This document shows positions 51,923 to 64,000 of a DNA stretch of 64,000 bases, piece after piece. Within the stretch, counting starts at the first letter, position 1. Each line of letters begins with the position of its first letter. The notes below the pieces were generated by a model. The model saw only the letters and a list, made by a program, of their open reading frames with translations, made no database searches and was not told the origin of the DNA. Source of the stretch: Azolla caroliniana (Eukaryota; Plantae; Polypodiophyta); the NCBI GenBank assembly GCA_043228905.1, contig JBHGNT010000010.1, positions 15,872,001 through 15,936,000 on the forward strand, read 5' to 3'. The translations under genes were made by a program, and so were the position numbers.

Positions 51923-54900
51923 ATGGGTGTTAGCAAGCGGGTCATTGTGTTACTTATTATTGTCTTTGTGAATATTTTCTTCTTTCACTATGTGCATGGT
52001 AGAGCCACTAATAATGGTACACAAGGGGAAGGGGTTCTACCCATGCCTATTTCCGCCAAAGGCAACAAGTATAGAGCGATATTTGTGTTTGGAGACTCTT
52101 TGGTAGATGCAGGGAACAACAACTACTTGAACAACAGCCTAGCAAAAGCTTTTAACCGACCTAACGGCATTGATTTTCCAAGCCCAAATGCTAGTCATCC
52201 CACCGGTCGCTTCACCAATGGTCTCACTATTGTCGACTTGATAGGTAAGTCTTACATTATTCCCTTAAGAATCACAAGCTATTGTATTCATCTCCTCCAC
52301 GAGTTTGTATAGAAAATTAAGGATATCCATATTATGCTTTATTTTTATCCTATCCACTTGATATCTCGACTACTTGTACAATGTTTCCTAATTGTCAATA
52401 ATCCTTGCTTTGAGCTTTCTCCCTCTTCATTAAGTAGTGAAGATTAGCAAAATATTTCACGACACATCCATTTAAGTAAAGAAGTCTTGAGTTTTGAGTT
52501 ATTTTCATTTCATGCTCCGTTAAACTCATTTTAAGAGATATTGCAACCTTCAAAACCAATTTCCCAAAAAATAGTTAAAGATAATGGTGTTACACTACTT
52601 AAAATAGTGGAAAATGCTGATGTAGGTTGTGCAGAGGGGACCATTTTAAACTATATTGATAATAGGTATAATTCTAGAATCACAATGATTTAAAGTTGCA
52701 AATAGAATATATCAAATTCATCTACATTTATACAATTACTTAAACTAGGATATGGTGTTTCTTAAATATATAACATACACACTCTCAAACTTAATCTTCA
52801 TTTTAAAATACTCCCCGTTGTCTATAGGGATGAAGCTCGGCATGAACAATGTTGTCCCTCCTTTCCTTGCACCCACAACAAAAGGTGCGGCAATATTGAA
52901 TGGTGTAAATTATGCTTCTGGAGGCGCTGGGATACTTAATGATACTGGAAGAATCTTTGTAAGAAAATTTTCACTTTTCATGTCACTAAATCCTAGGCGA
53001 TCAGAACAATATACCTTACATTATATCATTACATAATACAACATGCATGTTATGCTTTTGTATGTTTTTGTGAGAAAATGAAACTTGTTGAATAAACATT
53101 TGATGCTTTTACAGCTACAATATGTATCTTTGGATGAGCAATTGGGGTACTTTGAGCAAACAAAGGAGCAAATTAATACACTATTGGGATTAGATGAAGC
53201 CAAATACCTTATCAACAATGCGCTTTATACAATGGTTGTAGGATCAAATGATTTCCTTGACAATTATTTATTCCCAATCCAGACTACGGTTGAACCCAAC
53301 CTTCCTCCTGAAGATTTCATTGTGAAACTTATCACATCTTACAAGCAACAATTAAAGGTTAGGATAAGCTTTCAATATACAATCTTAGTAATGGTACATC
53401 AAGTTTTACATTTCTTTTAGAAAGAAAATCAACTCAATAAATTTAGAATAATTTTAAGTGGTAAACTATCTCAGCTATTGTGCATTCCAAAGGAGGGATT
53501 TATGCTCATACTTACACACTAAGGATTTGACTAACTATTGTCTAATGTAGCCTTTAATGTAAAAAGAGGAAAGCATAAAAATATTAGGTCATGACATACT
53601 GCTCCACATTACAAAGAATTAGTTTGCTTTTGAATGAATAGGTGAAAGGGGGGGGGGGGGGGGGGGGGGGGTAATGCGAAGGTGTTCAATGTTTATGAAA
53701 ATGATAAAGCACCTTCAAGACGGGATGGTCATTGTTGGGTTAGGAAACCATGAATTATACAAGGATTTAGCTCTTACCCAGTTTGAAAAGTATGTGTATA
53801 TATGCATAAATATATTATCTTTTCTATTCAATGAATTCTTTATCCCATATGTGCAATATATGGTTCATGAGGGAACCTTGGACCTCTAATATAGTTTCAA
53901 TCTTTTCCACATACCTTAATAACATGGGGATGTTATAGTCACAAAACATCTTAATGGATTGCATAATACTTAAGCGAGCTTCTAGAGTTAACTTAGCCTT
54001 GCTTACAACTAACATTCATGCCCTCTATATTCTTGATGTTCATAGGTCTACCAATGCATCTTTAGTAACAAGCATCCCAAAGGATGATATCCCATTGATA
54101 GCGACAACATGCAACATGTGCTATTCATTATAGCATTTTCATGCATACACACATTATATAAGCCCTCATAATGTTCCTTCTATTGTGGAATCCACTAGTT
54201 GTTATGTCCTTACCATTTTAATGAATACACATAAACATAGAATTCAACAAATAAACTTGTTGTATCTAAACTTCTCAAAACCAATTACACATTTGAGCAC
54301 CCTAATTTGTTATTTGTGTGTAAGAGTTTATACAAGATAGCATGCTTGATAAAGATAAGGAGATAACTAATGTTGAAATTTTCTTAGAAATTTTAGCTCA
54401 TTTATATGACTTATTTTCTCATACTCAAATATGCTATGTTGTTTTAGTCCCTCTACAATGCCGGAGCTCGCAAAATAATTGTGGCAAACATGCCATATAT
54501 TGGATGTATACCCTACTTTCGATACCTCAAGCCAAACGCACACGGGAAATGTTTCCCAAAGGCTAATGAACTTGCAAATGCTTTCAATGAACCTCTCAAG
54601 GATATGTTGAATGAATTAAGTAATGATTTACCGGGCATCACCATCTTACATGCAGATGCATATGGAATAATGTCAAAAATTACAAACAACTACCAAGACT
54701 ACGGTAATTTTTCGCTAACTCAAACTTGTTTGCTTTCACATCAAACATAAATTAAAGATGCATGCCTCCTCTCTTAATTCATTTTTCACGAGCATGTATT
54801 CACAAAAACAATGTCATAAAACATGATGTCACTTATTTAAAAAGTTTACTCAAGTCGTAATTATAATTATTTGAAGCACATGGAGACACACACTTATAAA

Positions 54901-55737
54901 CAAAGAGTTGTTCATGAAACATGATGTCACTTATTTAAAAAGTTTACTCAAGTCGTAATTATAATTATTTGAAGCACATGGAGATGCACACTTATAAACA
55001 AAGAGTTGTTCATGAAACATGATGTCACTTATTTAAAAAGTTTACTCAAGTCGTAATTATAATTATTTGAAGCACATGGAGATGCACACTTATAAACAAA
55101 GAGTTGTTCATGAAACATGATGTCACTTATTTAAAAAGTTTACTCAAGTCATAATTATAATTATTTGAAGCACATGGAGACACACACTTATAAACAAAGA
55201 GTTGTTCATGAGATGTATAATACGTTTACCGTTCAATCTTATGTTGTGAAAGTAAATGTTGAAGGGCATAATTGATTAATACGCTAATAATGGACTTACA
55301 ATGTTTGAATCCTATGACCTCAAGCTATAAGCATGGAGGTTTAGCATTCAACATAGCTCATAATTGGAAGTGTATTACTCCTTGCATTGAGAGAGATATC
55401 TATTATTAAATATAATATGTAGATACATATCCACAAATGTGCACAAATATACACATGAACACATATTAAGAGATGAAATATGACTTTATGTTTTTGCTCT
55501 TACTTTTGGATTGTAGGATTTACCAATGTTGATAAACCATGTTGTGGCCAAATCGGCTCAACAAAATTAATTCCATGTAGATTTCCATTTCTTTCAGTTT
55601 GTGAAGATAGAGCTAAATACTTTTATTGGGATGCATTCCATCCAACTCAATCAGCATATGAGATAATTGCACATGAGATATTTGATGGAAATGAATTCAT
55701 ATCACCAATCAACATACGAGGGCTTATGAATGTATGA
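51923..55737 (+). CDS. Secreted GDSL esterase/lipase (SGNH), 5 exons, 390 aa
   Basis: Exons 51923-52244, 52828-52958, 53115-53357, 54448-54703 and 55517-55737 (GT-AG, 1173 nt). Signal peptide, [51 protein letters not shown] catalytic motif. Confidence 0.95.
54818..55210. repeat. 98-bp intronic minisatellite, 4 near-identical copies
   Basis: AAACATGATGTCACTTATTTAAAAAG at about 54819, 54917, 55015 and 55113. Confidence 0.95.
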
Positions 55738-56149
55738 TTTATATAATTTAATCAATATTGCGAATCGTAATTGTAAATCATCAACTTTAAATATGAGTTA
55801 TCTTCTCCGCAATGATTGGGAGCAAAAGTAAGGCTTGGCATAGGCATAGTCTCTCATAAATTGTTGGAAAAAAAATAACGAGTCCCTACGAAGACCTTGA
55901 TTTGTATCATGGGGCAATTAAGATCTTGAACTATACTTTCATCACAATATGATTGTAACTCTCTTTTGTATTTATATGCAAACTTGATATAAACTTAAAT
56001 ATTATTATCGTGAGTTAAGTTTTGAATAATTACGCATTTGTGATTATTTATAGAAGTTGGTTAATGTCATGTATGTCGAATACTTCAAATGTACATTTGG
56101 TAGGATCCTTAGAACTAAAACTTCTTAATTATATAAAGATGATTTGAGG

Positions 56150-56687
56150 GGAGAGAGGGAGAGAGAGAAAGTGTTGGGTTCTTGTTTTCAATCACACAAA
56201 AAACTACCCCACTTTAGGGTTATGAGAATATTTATAAACATGGGGGAAAAACCTCCTAAAAAGAAATAAAATGTCCTTGTAGTCCTAAGTTCACACACAT
56301 CACTACTGAAATATATCAACAAATCCCCCTTGGGAATGATGCGGTGAATAAGGAGCTGGCACTCATGGTTATGGAAGTGCCAAGCTATGTGAATAGAGAT
56401 CAATCCACAAATGGAAGTAGGCCTAAAGCTTTGCGGAAAACTTCAAATTTCTCCCTAGGCAGAGCTTTTGTGAAAAGTTCAACAATGTTCTCTTGTGTGG
56501 GCACATAAGCCAAACTAATCTCCCCAACGGAGAATCTTTCCCTGACATAGTGATAATGCACCTCAATATGCTTAGTGCAGGCATGGAACACAAGGTTCCT
56601 TGTAACTACCAATGCGTTTTGATTGTTAGTGAAGATGGTGGTGGTAGAAGACTGTCCAACACACACTCCAACTGTAGCTGTGAAAGC
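56150..56687 (-). mobile_element. Degenerate copia 3' end (RNaseH, PPT, start of LTR)
   Basis: VFHACTKHIEVHYHYVRE...ELFTKAL; AGGGGGATT followed by TGTTG at about 56330-56317. The left boundary is approximate. Confidence 0.8.
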
Positions 56688-56703
56688 TGTTGTGACTCGT
56701 GAG

Positions 56704-56796
<93 letters not shown>

Positions 56797-58292
56797 TAGA
56801 TTATATTATCGTCTTCGGAGATCAAATATGACCTATGAGACCAAAAATATTACATTTCACGTGATACGTGTGAAAGTGAGTAGTGACTCTCGATGTTCAA
56901 GAACTTTACCAATGAATGTTGCAATCGAGAGTGCACATTGTGGTTGTGAGAGGAATTCATGCAAAGATTGGGCTCGATCGAAGAGATGTGGAAAGCATGG
57001 TCGAATATGATCAAAGGCAGAGCATTGTATCAAAGTGTGATACTCAGACTCGCGAACTTGTTTAGGGCAAAGTGTGCATAACCGACCACTCTCATCACTT
57101 GTACCCCAACGCCCTGTTTCACATCGCAATGCATGTGAGCTAAGTCGCATGGAAGCAATGGTTCGAATGGCAGATAACGGTATGGGCTCTAACATGTATG
57201 GATGTGTACGATTTCCCCGTTCCGCAAAGAATATGGTTTTGTAGTTAGGTGCAACATGTGTAGTATAATGTGTGAAGCGTGAGCCTCCACATTTGTCCCA
57301 TGTCATGATACATTGGCGTTGCAAAAATGCCTCATTTACAGAGGAATCTAATGATGCATCATGAAGCAAGTGTCTCGCATCCCATCTACCAAACCATTTT
57401 TCTATATCTTGCATCCAACCGGAACACAAAATTTTGCTTTTATGCGTCTTTTGGATCTTTTTGCTTGCTTCCCACGCAATTCTAGGAAGTCGATGTGAGG
57501 GACTTTTTTGAACCTTAAGCATGTATTCAACAACCCTTTCCATGGCCATGATCTCAATGGGAAGCGATCCCGTCTCAAGGAGGAGGAGGGTGTAGGGCGT
57601 TTGTTTCTTAACTTGTAGAAACTTGGTAAGAAAATGCTTTTGGACATTTTCAAACTCTTTCCACATAGACTTAGGGATGCTACCGCCCCATACTTCCACC
57701 CCATAGAGAAGAACTGGTGTCACCAAAGTGTCAAAAAGATATTTCTTGAGGACCCAACACTTAATATCTCCAAGATTGCATGTGTTCTCAAATGCATAGT
57801 ATGCTCGTTTGCCCGCCTCTAAGCGGCGTGTAGCACATTCATTCCATCTATGATTTGAAGGAACTTCAAGGCCAAGATATTTGAAGCTTTCCACACATTC
57901 AAGTGGCTCATTGTTGTACATAATGCATGGTTTATCTCTTTTTTGGCTCTTCACAAGCAAGAAATGGAAATTAGATTATATTATGAGAAAACAAAGTTAC
58001 AAAGAGTAGGCTAAGGGTTAAAGATTGATGTTGAACCGAATGAGTTGTGATTAATGTATGGACACCTATTTATAGGTCCTTTTGGAGTATTCTAGATTGT
58101 TCTAGAATATTTTAGATATTTATGATAATAAATATAACCATGAAATATTCAAGAATGTTCTAGAATATTTTAAATATCTTGTAATAACAAAAAAATATAA
58201 TTATTATAACTCTACATATATGTTATTACAATTGTTAAAGGTTCAACACATAGACCAAGAAGTTGTGGGTTCAACTCCTGAATGTTGCAATA
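56688..58292 (-). mobile_element. Old chromovirus-type LTR (tRNA-like cassette ~58225-58285, TATA, (TC)n) interrupted by a LINE
   Basis: Same layout as 61339-61776: B box GGGTTCAACTCC antisense to the LTR, GAACATTCT/TCTAGAA repeats, TATAAATAGG, TTCGGTTCAAC and a TC tract. No matching TSD found. Confidence 0.62.
56810..57971 (-). mobile_element. 5'-truncated non-LTR retrotransposon (RTEX-like LINE), open ORF 56857-57960
   Basis: RT end motif VESFKYLG, PVLLYGVEVWG, and C-terminal RLSSHALRCETGRW..CTLC..ESEYH.LIQC zinc motif; flanked by a 13-bp direct repeat TAGATTATATTAT. Confidence 0.85.
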
Positions 58293-58420
58293 GGTTTATA
58301 ATCTTCAAGGCCAAAACATTGTAATAATATATCAATGTATTTCGATTGAAACAAAGCTATTCCACCATCAACTTGCAGAAATTGAATGCCCAAATAATGA
58401 TGCAAATGCCCCAAATGTGA

Positions 58421-61338
58421 TGTTGAGAATCAAGCTTAACTTGGTCTAGTGTGTGAACTCACCTTGAGAGTGAATAGACACTCCAATGGTCAAGAGTCAC
58501 CATTATGTCACCTCTTTGTATTCTAGCATTTAATATGAGTCATAGAATCATATTCTATGACACATAACTTATGAGCTTTCACATTCCCCATGCTCCATGA
58601 GTCTTGTAGTTAATGAAGAGAGAGGGTGACTATATAAAGCACCCTCCTCCCACCTTGTATAATGTCGTGTCTTTCTCCTTTGTTAATATACTTTACCTTG
58701 CGTATTCTCTGTGTCTTACTCCTTGTCTCTCTCACTCTCACTCTCTCTCTCTCATACACACACATAACTCACATCTCTTCCGCTCTACAAGAATCATATC
58801 CAATTCTTTACATGGTATCAAAGCGATTTGGTAGCTCGATCTAGCCCATTCGCCTCATCGTGATCGTGTGTTGTGCTCCACGCCGACGACCAAGAACCAG
58901 CTCATCGCTATCGTAGCTTCGCTACATAGCTTGCATTCGAAGAGAGAAGAAGAATCGAGATAATGAATACTCAAATTGGGAGCACTCTCCCTACTGAGAA
59001 GTTGGATCGAAACAACTTCGCATCTCGGGAGTACAAGATGCACCAATACCTTGTCGGACAAGGCTATTGGAGCTACATCAAAGGAGCGCATGAAGATCGA
59101 CCCGCCAAAGTGGCTCCCGGATACGTGACATGGGAGCAAGCCGCAAGCCGCGTGATGTATTGCTTGGCGACATGTGTTCACGATCACATGCTCGGCTACA
59201 TTCGCCAACCCAAGACGCCGAAGGAGGCATGGGAAAATCTACGAAAGATTTTCACGGCGAACACAACCGCAAGAAGGCTTCAACTCCGCCAAGAGTTGAA
59301 CAACATTCAACAAAGGGACATGTCCATTACGACATACACCTCGAAGATCAAGGAGCTTTGCGATTCGCTCGGCTCAATAAGCGTAAATATCGATGATGAT
59401 GAGATGGTTCAAATATGCTTCGGCGGCCTCGCACGGTTCGGCGCGATGCGAACCACTGTTCTAGCACGAGAGAAATCTCCCTCCTTCTCCGAGCTCCAAT
59501 CAATGCTAGCTCCAATCAATGCTATTGGTCAAAGAAAACCACGTGTGTACAAGGAGCAATGAGTCGGAAGGCCACATGCTCTACACGCACTCGAACGGAG
59601 GAAGAGGACGCGGACGGTCGAGAGGCCGATTCGGCCAAGGACAAGGCGGACGAGGTCCGACCTACGATAACAACTCCCAACTTCGGCCGCAAAACGGAAG
59701 CCAACGAGGAACCTTCGCAAGAAGGGGGAGCTTCCACTCTGGCCCGAGCCATCAAAACGCAACCGAATGCGGATATTGCGGAAAGCTCGGCCACCACAAA
59801 GAAGAGTGCAGAAAGAAGATGCGCGAATTGGCTTCCACAAGTTGACAACTCACGAATTACGCGCACAACTCCGACTACGAAGGTCATAGTGGAATGTACG
59901 AGCACAACTTCGACTACGAAGATCGTGGCGAAATGTATGCACACAACTCCGACCGTGGCGGAATGTTCATGATGAAACATAGAGCAAACTCTATGTCGGC
60001 CTTTACCTCAATAAGTGCCCTCAATCCGGAGGACGTATGGTTTGTTGACTCCGGAGCCTCAAACCATATGACATCCCATAAAGAATGGTTTCTCAAACTT
60101 CGAGAACCGGAGCGACCCGGTTATGTTGAAACCGGAGATGACACTACGCACCCGATTCGGCACATCGGCAATGTTCCGTTCGGCGAAAGAGGTAAGCAAA
60201 CATACATTTAAAATGTCTTGCATGTTCCCACCATCACGAAGAATTTGGTCTCGGTTGGCCATATGGTTGAGCAAGGGATGCAAGTACGATTCGACCAAGA
60301 AGGGTGCTTCATTGAAAAAGAAGGCTGAATCATCGCACGCGGAAGAAGAGAGGGCCAGATGTTCATTCTCGATTCACACGGCTGAGTCATATTGGGCCAA
60401 AGCTGCAAATACAGCCGTCTACCTAATGAACCGGTGCACAACATCCGGCGTGCACGAGGTCACTCCACACGAAAAATACTTTGGGAAGAAGCCAAACTTA
60501 TCACACATCCAGATATTCGGCTCGATAGCGTACGTGCACATCCCCGACGAGAAGCGTCAAAAGCTTGATCTGAAGTTGGAGAAATGTATCCTCGTAGGAT
60601 ACTCATTGGAGCAAAAGGGGTACAAGTGCTACAACCCCTCAACTCAAAAATCTCGCGTAAGTCGAGACGTCGTTTTCGACGAGTCCACATCCTGGTACGC
60701 ACCAGAGACAACCCCGACTCCGCTCGACCCGGAATCCGCCGAACAAGTGATAGAGGATGAAGATCTCCCTACGCGCATGTTCGAAGAAAGTCCGATCACG
60801 ACCCGACTGAGCGGACCACAAGAGCCTTTGAGCAATCAAAGCAAATCATGGCCTAGCCCGAAGATGGACAAAGGGAAGGCGAAAATGGTGGAATACGCAG
60901 ACGATCGCTTCGACGACGATGAGTCGACTCACTCACTTGAGAGTGAGTTCGGCGGCTTCGATGTACCAATCGAAGCTAAGAAAGCCCTCATCTCTGCAAA
61001 TGAAAAGCTCCGTTGCTCCACCCGTGAAAAGAATCTGGTCAGCCGATTCGGCTACAACGACTACATGGCATATCACTATGCCTTTATGATGAAGGTGGTG
61101 ACAGTACGCGAGTCGGAAACATTTTCCGAAGTAGCCAAGGATCCGCGATGGATCGAAGCCATGAACGAGGAGATGCATGCACTACGCAAGAATGAGACGT
61201 GGGATCTCGTTCCCACCTCACCACACAAAAAGGCGATCAGATGCAGATGGATTTACAAAGTGAAGCACAACGCCGACGGTTCCGTTAAGTGCTACAAAGT
61301 GCGACTCGTAGCGAAAGGCTACGCCCAAACGCACAGAG
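58421..61338 (+). mobile_element. Ty1/copia 5' part (LTR 58421-58812, PBS-Met, gag, protease, internally deleted integrase, RT start)
   Basis: TGGTATCAAAGC; gag LPTEKLDRNNF; CGYCGKLGH; WFVDSGAS; deletion at about 60380; interrupted at 61339. Confidence 0.93.
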
Positions 61339-61344
61339 TGTCAT

Positions 61345-61413
61345 GATATGGCAAGACTCGAACCCATGACCTTCGGTTATATGGGTCGAGCTCTTGACCA
61401 TTAGAACATCTAT
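61345..61413 (-). ncRNA. tRNA-like Pol III cassette at the LTR 5' edge
   Basis: Minus strand reads TGTTCTAATGGTCAAGA (A box)...GAAGGTC-ATGGGTTCGAGTCTTG (B box). Confidence 0.78.
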
Positions 61414-61633
61414 TGTAATACATAGGATATTATTTTCATTTACATTTTATTATAGGAAATTAGTGTATATTCCAGATTTCTCTGGAACATTCTAGAAGCT
61501 TCAGGATTACTCCTGAAAACACTATAAAAGAGGGCACTAGGCATTATGTTGAACCAAATTGGTTCAACGCCAGTCTTAAGCCTTTTAGCCACCGTTGTAT
61601 ATTCTCTTCATATAATAAATATCTTTCTTATCA

Positions 61634-61672
<39 letters not shown>

Positions 61673-62987
61673 GTCTCGCTCACTTCTTCCTTCTCTCGAA
61701 GAAGTTCCACACCTCTCATAGTACTAATCCTTCGTTTAGTACTAATTCCTTCTCTGTCTCAGTACTGTTCATGACAGTTTGAACCAATTTGCCTACCTTC
61801 TGTCTCTCTCATTTCCTACTAATCTTTTATTCCTCTTTTCTTTCATCCCATGGCCACTGTTAGCGCTGAAGAATATCACTCTGTTTTCTCGGAATTCCAA
61901 TGCTTGAAGGAGAAGTTCCATGCTTTGGAACAAGAAAACCAACGGTTGCTGGGGGATCTTCAGCAAATCTCCTTAGAAAAGCAGCAAACGCAACAACAAC
62001 ATGGGGAACTTGCGTTACGCGTGCAACAACTCGAAGCCACCATCGTAGCGATGCAACAACATGGGCCCGAAACACAAGGGATTCATAAAGAACCTAAGAT
62101 TGGCCTTCCCACGAAGTTCGATGGAACGCGATCGCAGTTTAGAGGGTTCCTTAACCAGGTACGATTAGTTATTCAAATGCATCCTTCCCGATATCCCACC
62201 GATGCATCACGAGTGGGTTTAGTAGGCACTTTGTTAAGTGGCTCAGCGTTGTCATGGTTCGCTCCACTATTAGAAAAGGAATCTCCGTTACTCAACAATT
62301 TTGAAGAGTTTCTAGGTGAGTTTAAAGCATGTTTCGGAGATACTGACAGCATTAGGACCGCAATCAACAAAATCCGGCGATTACGCCAAGGTGACCGTCC
62401 AGCCTCCGCATACGCTGCAGATTTTCGCCTACTCGCCGCCGATATCCCTTGGGATGATCAAGCGTTGATGGAGCAATTCCGTTATGGTTTACGCAACGAC
62501 GTCAAGGATTTACTCTTGACCTTCCCCGAAGAGCCAAAGTCCTTAACAGAAGCAATCAGTCGCGCGGTGAGATGTGACAACCGCCTCTTTGAGCGACGTT
62601 CGGAACGACAGCTACAGATGCCGAGGGCAAGATCAGAGCCACCTACGCCTCAGTGGTAGCAAGACCTTTTTCGAGGGAGTCATATAATGCGTCTCCAGCG
62701 AATACTCCGACTCCGATGGAGATTGACACTACACGTCGTCGAGGGCCGTTATCCGAAGAAGAAAAGCAGCGACGCCGTACAAATCGACTATGTCTTTACT
62801 GCGGTGGACCAGGACATATCGAAATAAATTGCCCCCATAGGCCAAGAAGACAGGTAAACCAAATAGTCGCTAGTTCTAATTGTACTAAATCCGAACCTAT
62901 TTCAGTAGGGATATCTGATAGTCCTAATAGTACTAATATCCCAGATCTAGCAAACAAATTTGATGTCCTTAGTCAGTTAGAAGAAGA

Positions 62988-63040
62988 GTTAAACGACTAA
63001 GTCCAGCCAAAATAGGAGCCGTTTGGTTGGACAGCCCTAG
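62988..63040 (+). promoter_or_regulatory. -1 ribosomal frameshift signal (slippery G-TTA-AAC plus pseudoknot)
   Basis: 6-nt spacer, then stem GTCCAGCCAAA/TTTGGTTGGAC; the -1 frame is open into the protease. Confidence 0.75.
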
Positions 63041-64000
63041 ATCTGTGCAGCCCATTAGTGGTTCCATTCCCTCTAAGCAAGTTAGTGATGTGTTCGTAGC
63101 CCAAGTAATAGTTAGTACTAAAAGTACCCCTCCAGTACATGTCCTAGCACTCCTAGATTCCGGAGCTAACTCTTGCTTTATGGATAAGAAATTTGCTCAA
63201 GCTCATAAGATATCCCTAAGAAAACTCCAGTGTCCAGCCTCTGTAGTAGTCATTGATGGACGTCCCATTGCTTCCGGAAATATCCTAGAAGAGTCAGAGC
63301 CCATTAATATTGTCCTAGATAACTTAGTATGTGTAGTATCATTTAATATTATTAGTATCCCAGAACATCCTATAGTTTTAGGACTACCGTGGTTCGAGTT
63401 ACATAACCCTGACATAGATTGGAGAACAAGAGAAATCCGGTGTCGACAAACCCAAGGGTCAACTCAGAAGATGGCAACCATTTCGCTACGTCAGTTGCGT
63501 AAAGAAGGGCACAAGGAGGAAATGTTCCTCTTTGCAATATCAGTAAACCCCTCCAACACCACTAAAGAAGAATCCACCGTTCAACTTCCCGAGAAGTATC
63601 GCCATTACACCGATGTGTTCGATAAAGTACAAGCCAACACACTTCCTCATCATCGACCGTACGATTGCCCCATCGATTTACAACCGGGAAAAGAGCCGCC
63701 ATGGGGACCGATCTACAATTTGTCACCAACCAAGCTGGAAGTCCTTCGGGCCTATATAGAGGAGAATTTGGAAAATGGTTTCATTCGGCATTCGAAATCT
63801 CCAGCCGGTGCGCCCATTTTCTTCGTCAAGAAAAAAGATGGATCGCTTCGTCTCGTTGTAGATTACCGTGGCTTGAATAAGGTTACAATCAGGAATAGGT
63901 ATGCTCTTCCCCTTATCTCAAGTCTTTTAGAACGGATCAATGGTGCCAGGTTCTTCACGAAGATCGACTTACGGGGAGCATATAACCTCGTACGGATCCG

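Larger units (their letters stand above)
61339..64000 (+). mobile_element. Tcn1-like self-priming Ty3/gypsy: LTR 61339-61776, gag 61850-63000 (one frameshift at about 62640), pol in the -1 frame (protease LLDSGA, RT) running off the window
   Basis: TGTCATGA...TCATGACA LTR; gag [21 protein letters not shown]; RT KSPAGAPIFFVKKKDGSLRLVVDYRGLN...KIDLRGAYNL. Confidence 0.93.

Noticed and set aside
53648-53671. 24-nt poly-G in GDSL intron 3 as a G-quadruplex element
   Set aside because: A simple homopolymer of unreliable length with no supporting context.
54818-55210. CRISPR-like array (also 9025-9511)
   Set aside because: Plain tandem repeats without unique spacers, in a eukaryotic context with no cas genes.

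Overview
Eukaryotic land-plant genomic DNA; the retroelement families suggest a non-seed plant such as a fern or lycophyte (inference only). Two intact host genes are present: an 8-exon Ran GTPase (minus, 5120-8650) and a 5-exon secreted GDSL lipase/esterase (plus, 51923-55737). Between them lies a ~37 kb nest of LTR retrotransposons (Ty1/copia, self-priming chromovirus-type Ty3/gypsy, and tRNA-Trp-primed gypsy-like elements with 4-bp TSDs). Further retroelements, an RTEX-like LINE and a hAT-type MITE lie elsewhere. The main observation is that several unrelated gypsy LTR families carry an antisense, near-full-length tRNA-like Pol III cassette (A box, B box) near the 5' edge of U3. Other observations: Tf1-like self-primers inside a TSS palindrome, a conserved -1 frameshift pseudoknot, CpG-centred target sites, a conserved hairpin around the copia PPT/U3 junction, and a ~2 kb LTR-mediated inversion. 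Everything was read by eye; no alignments or database searches were run.
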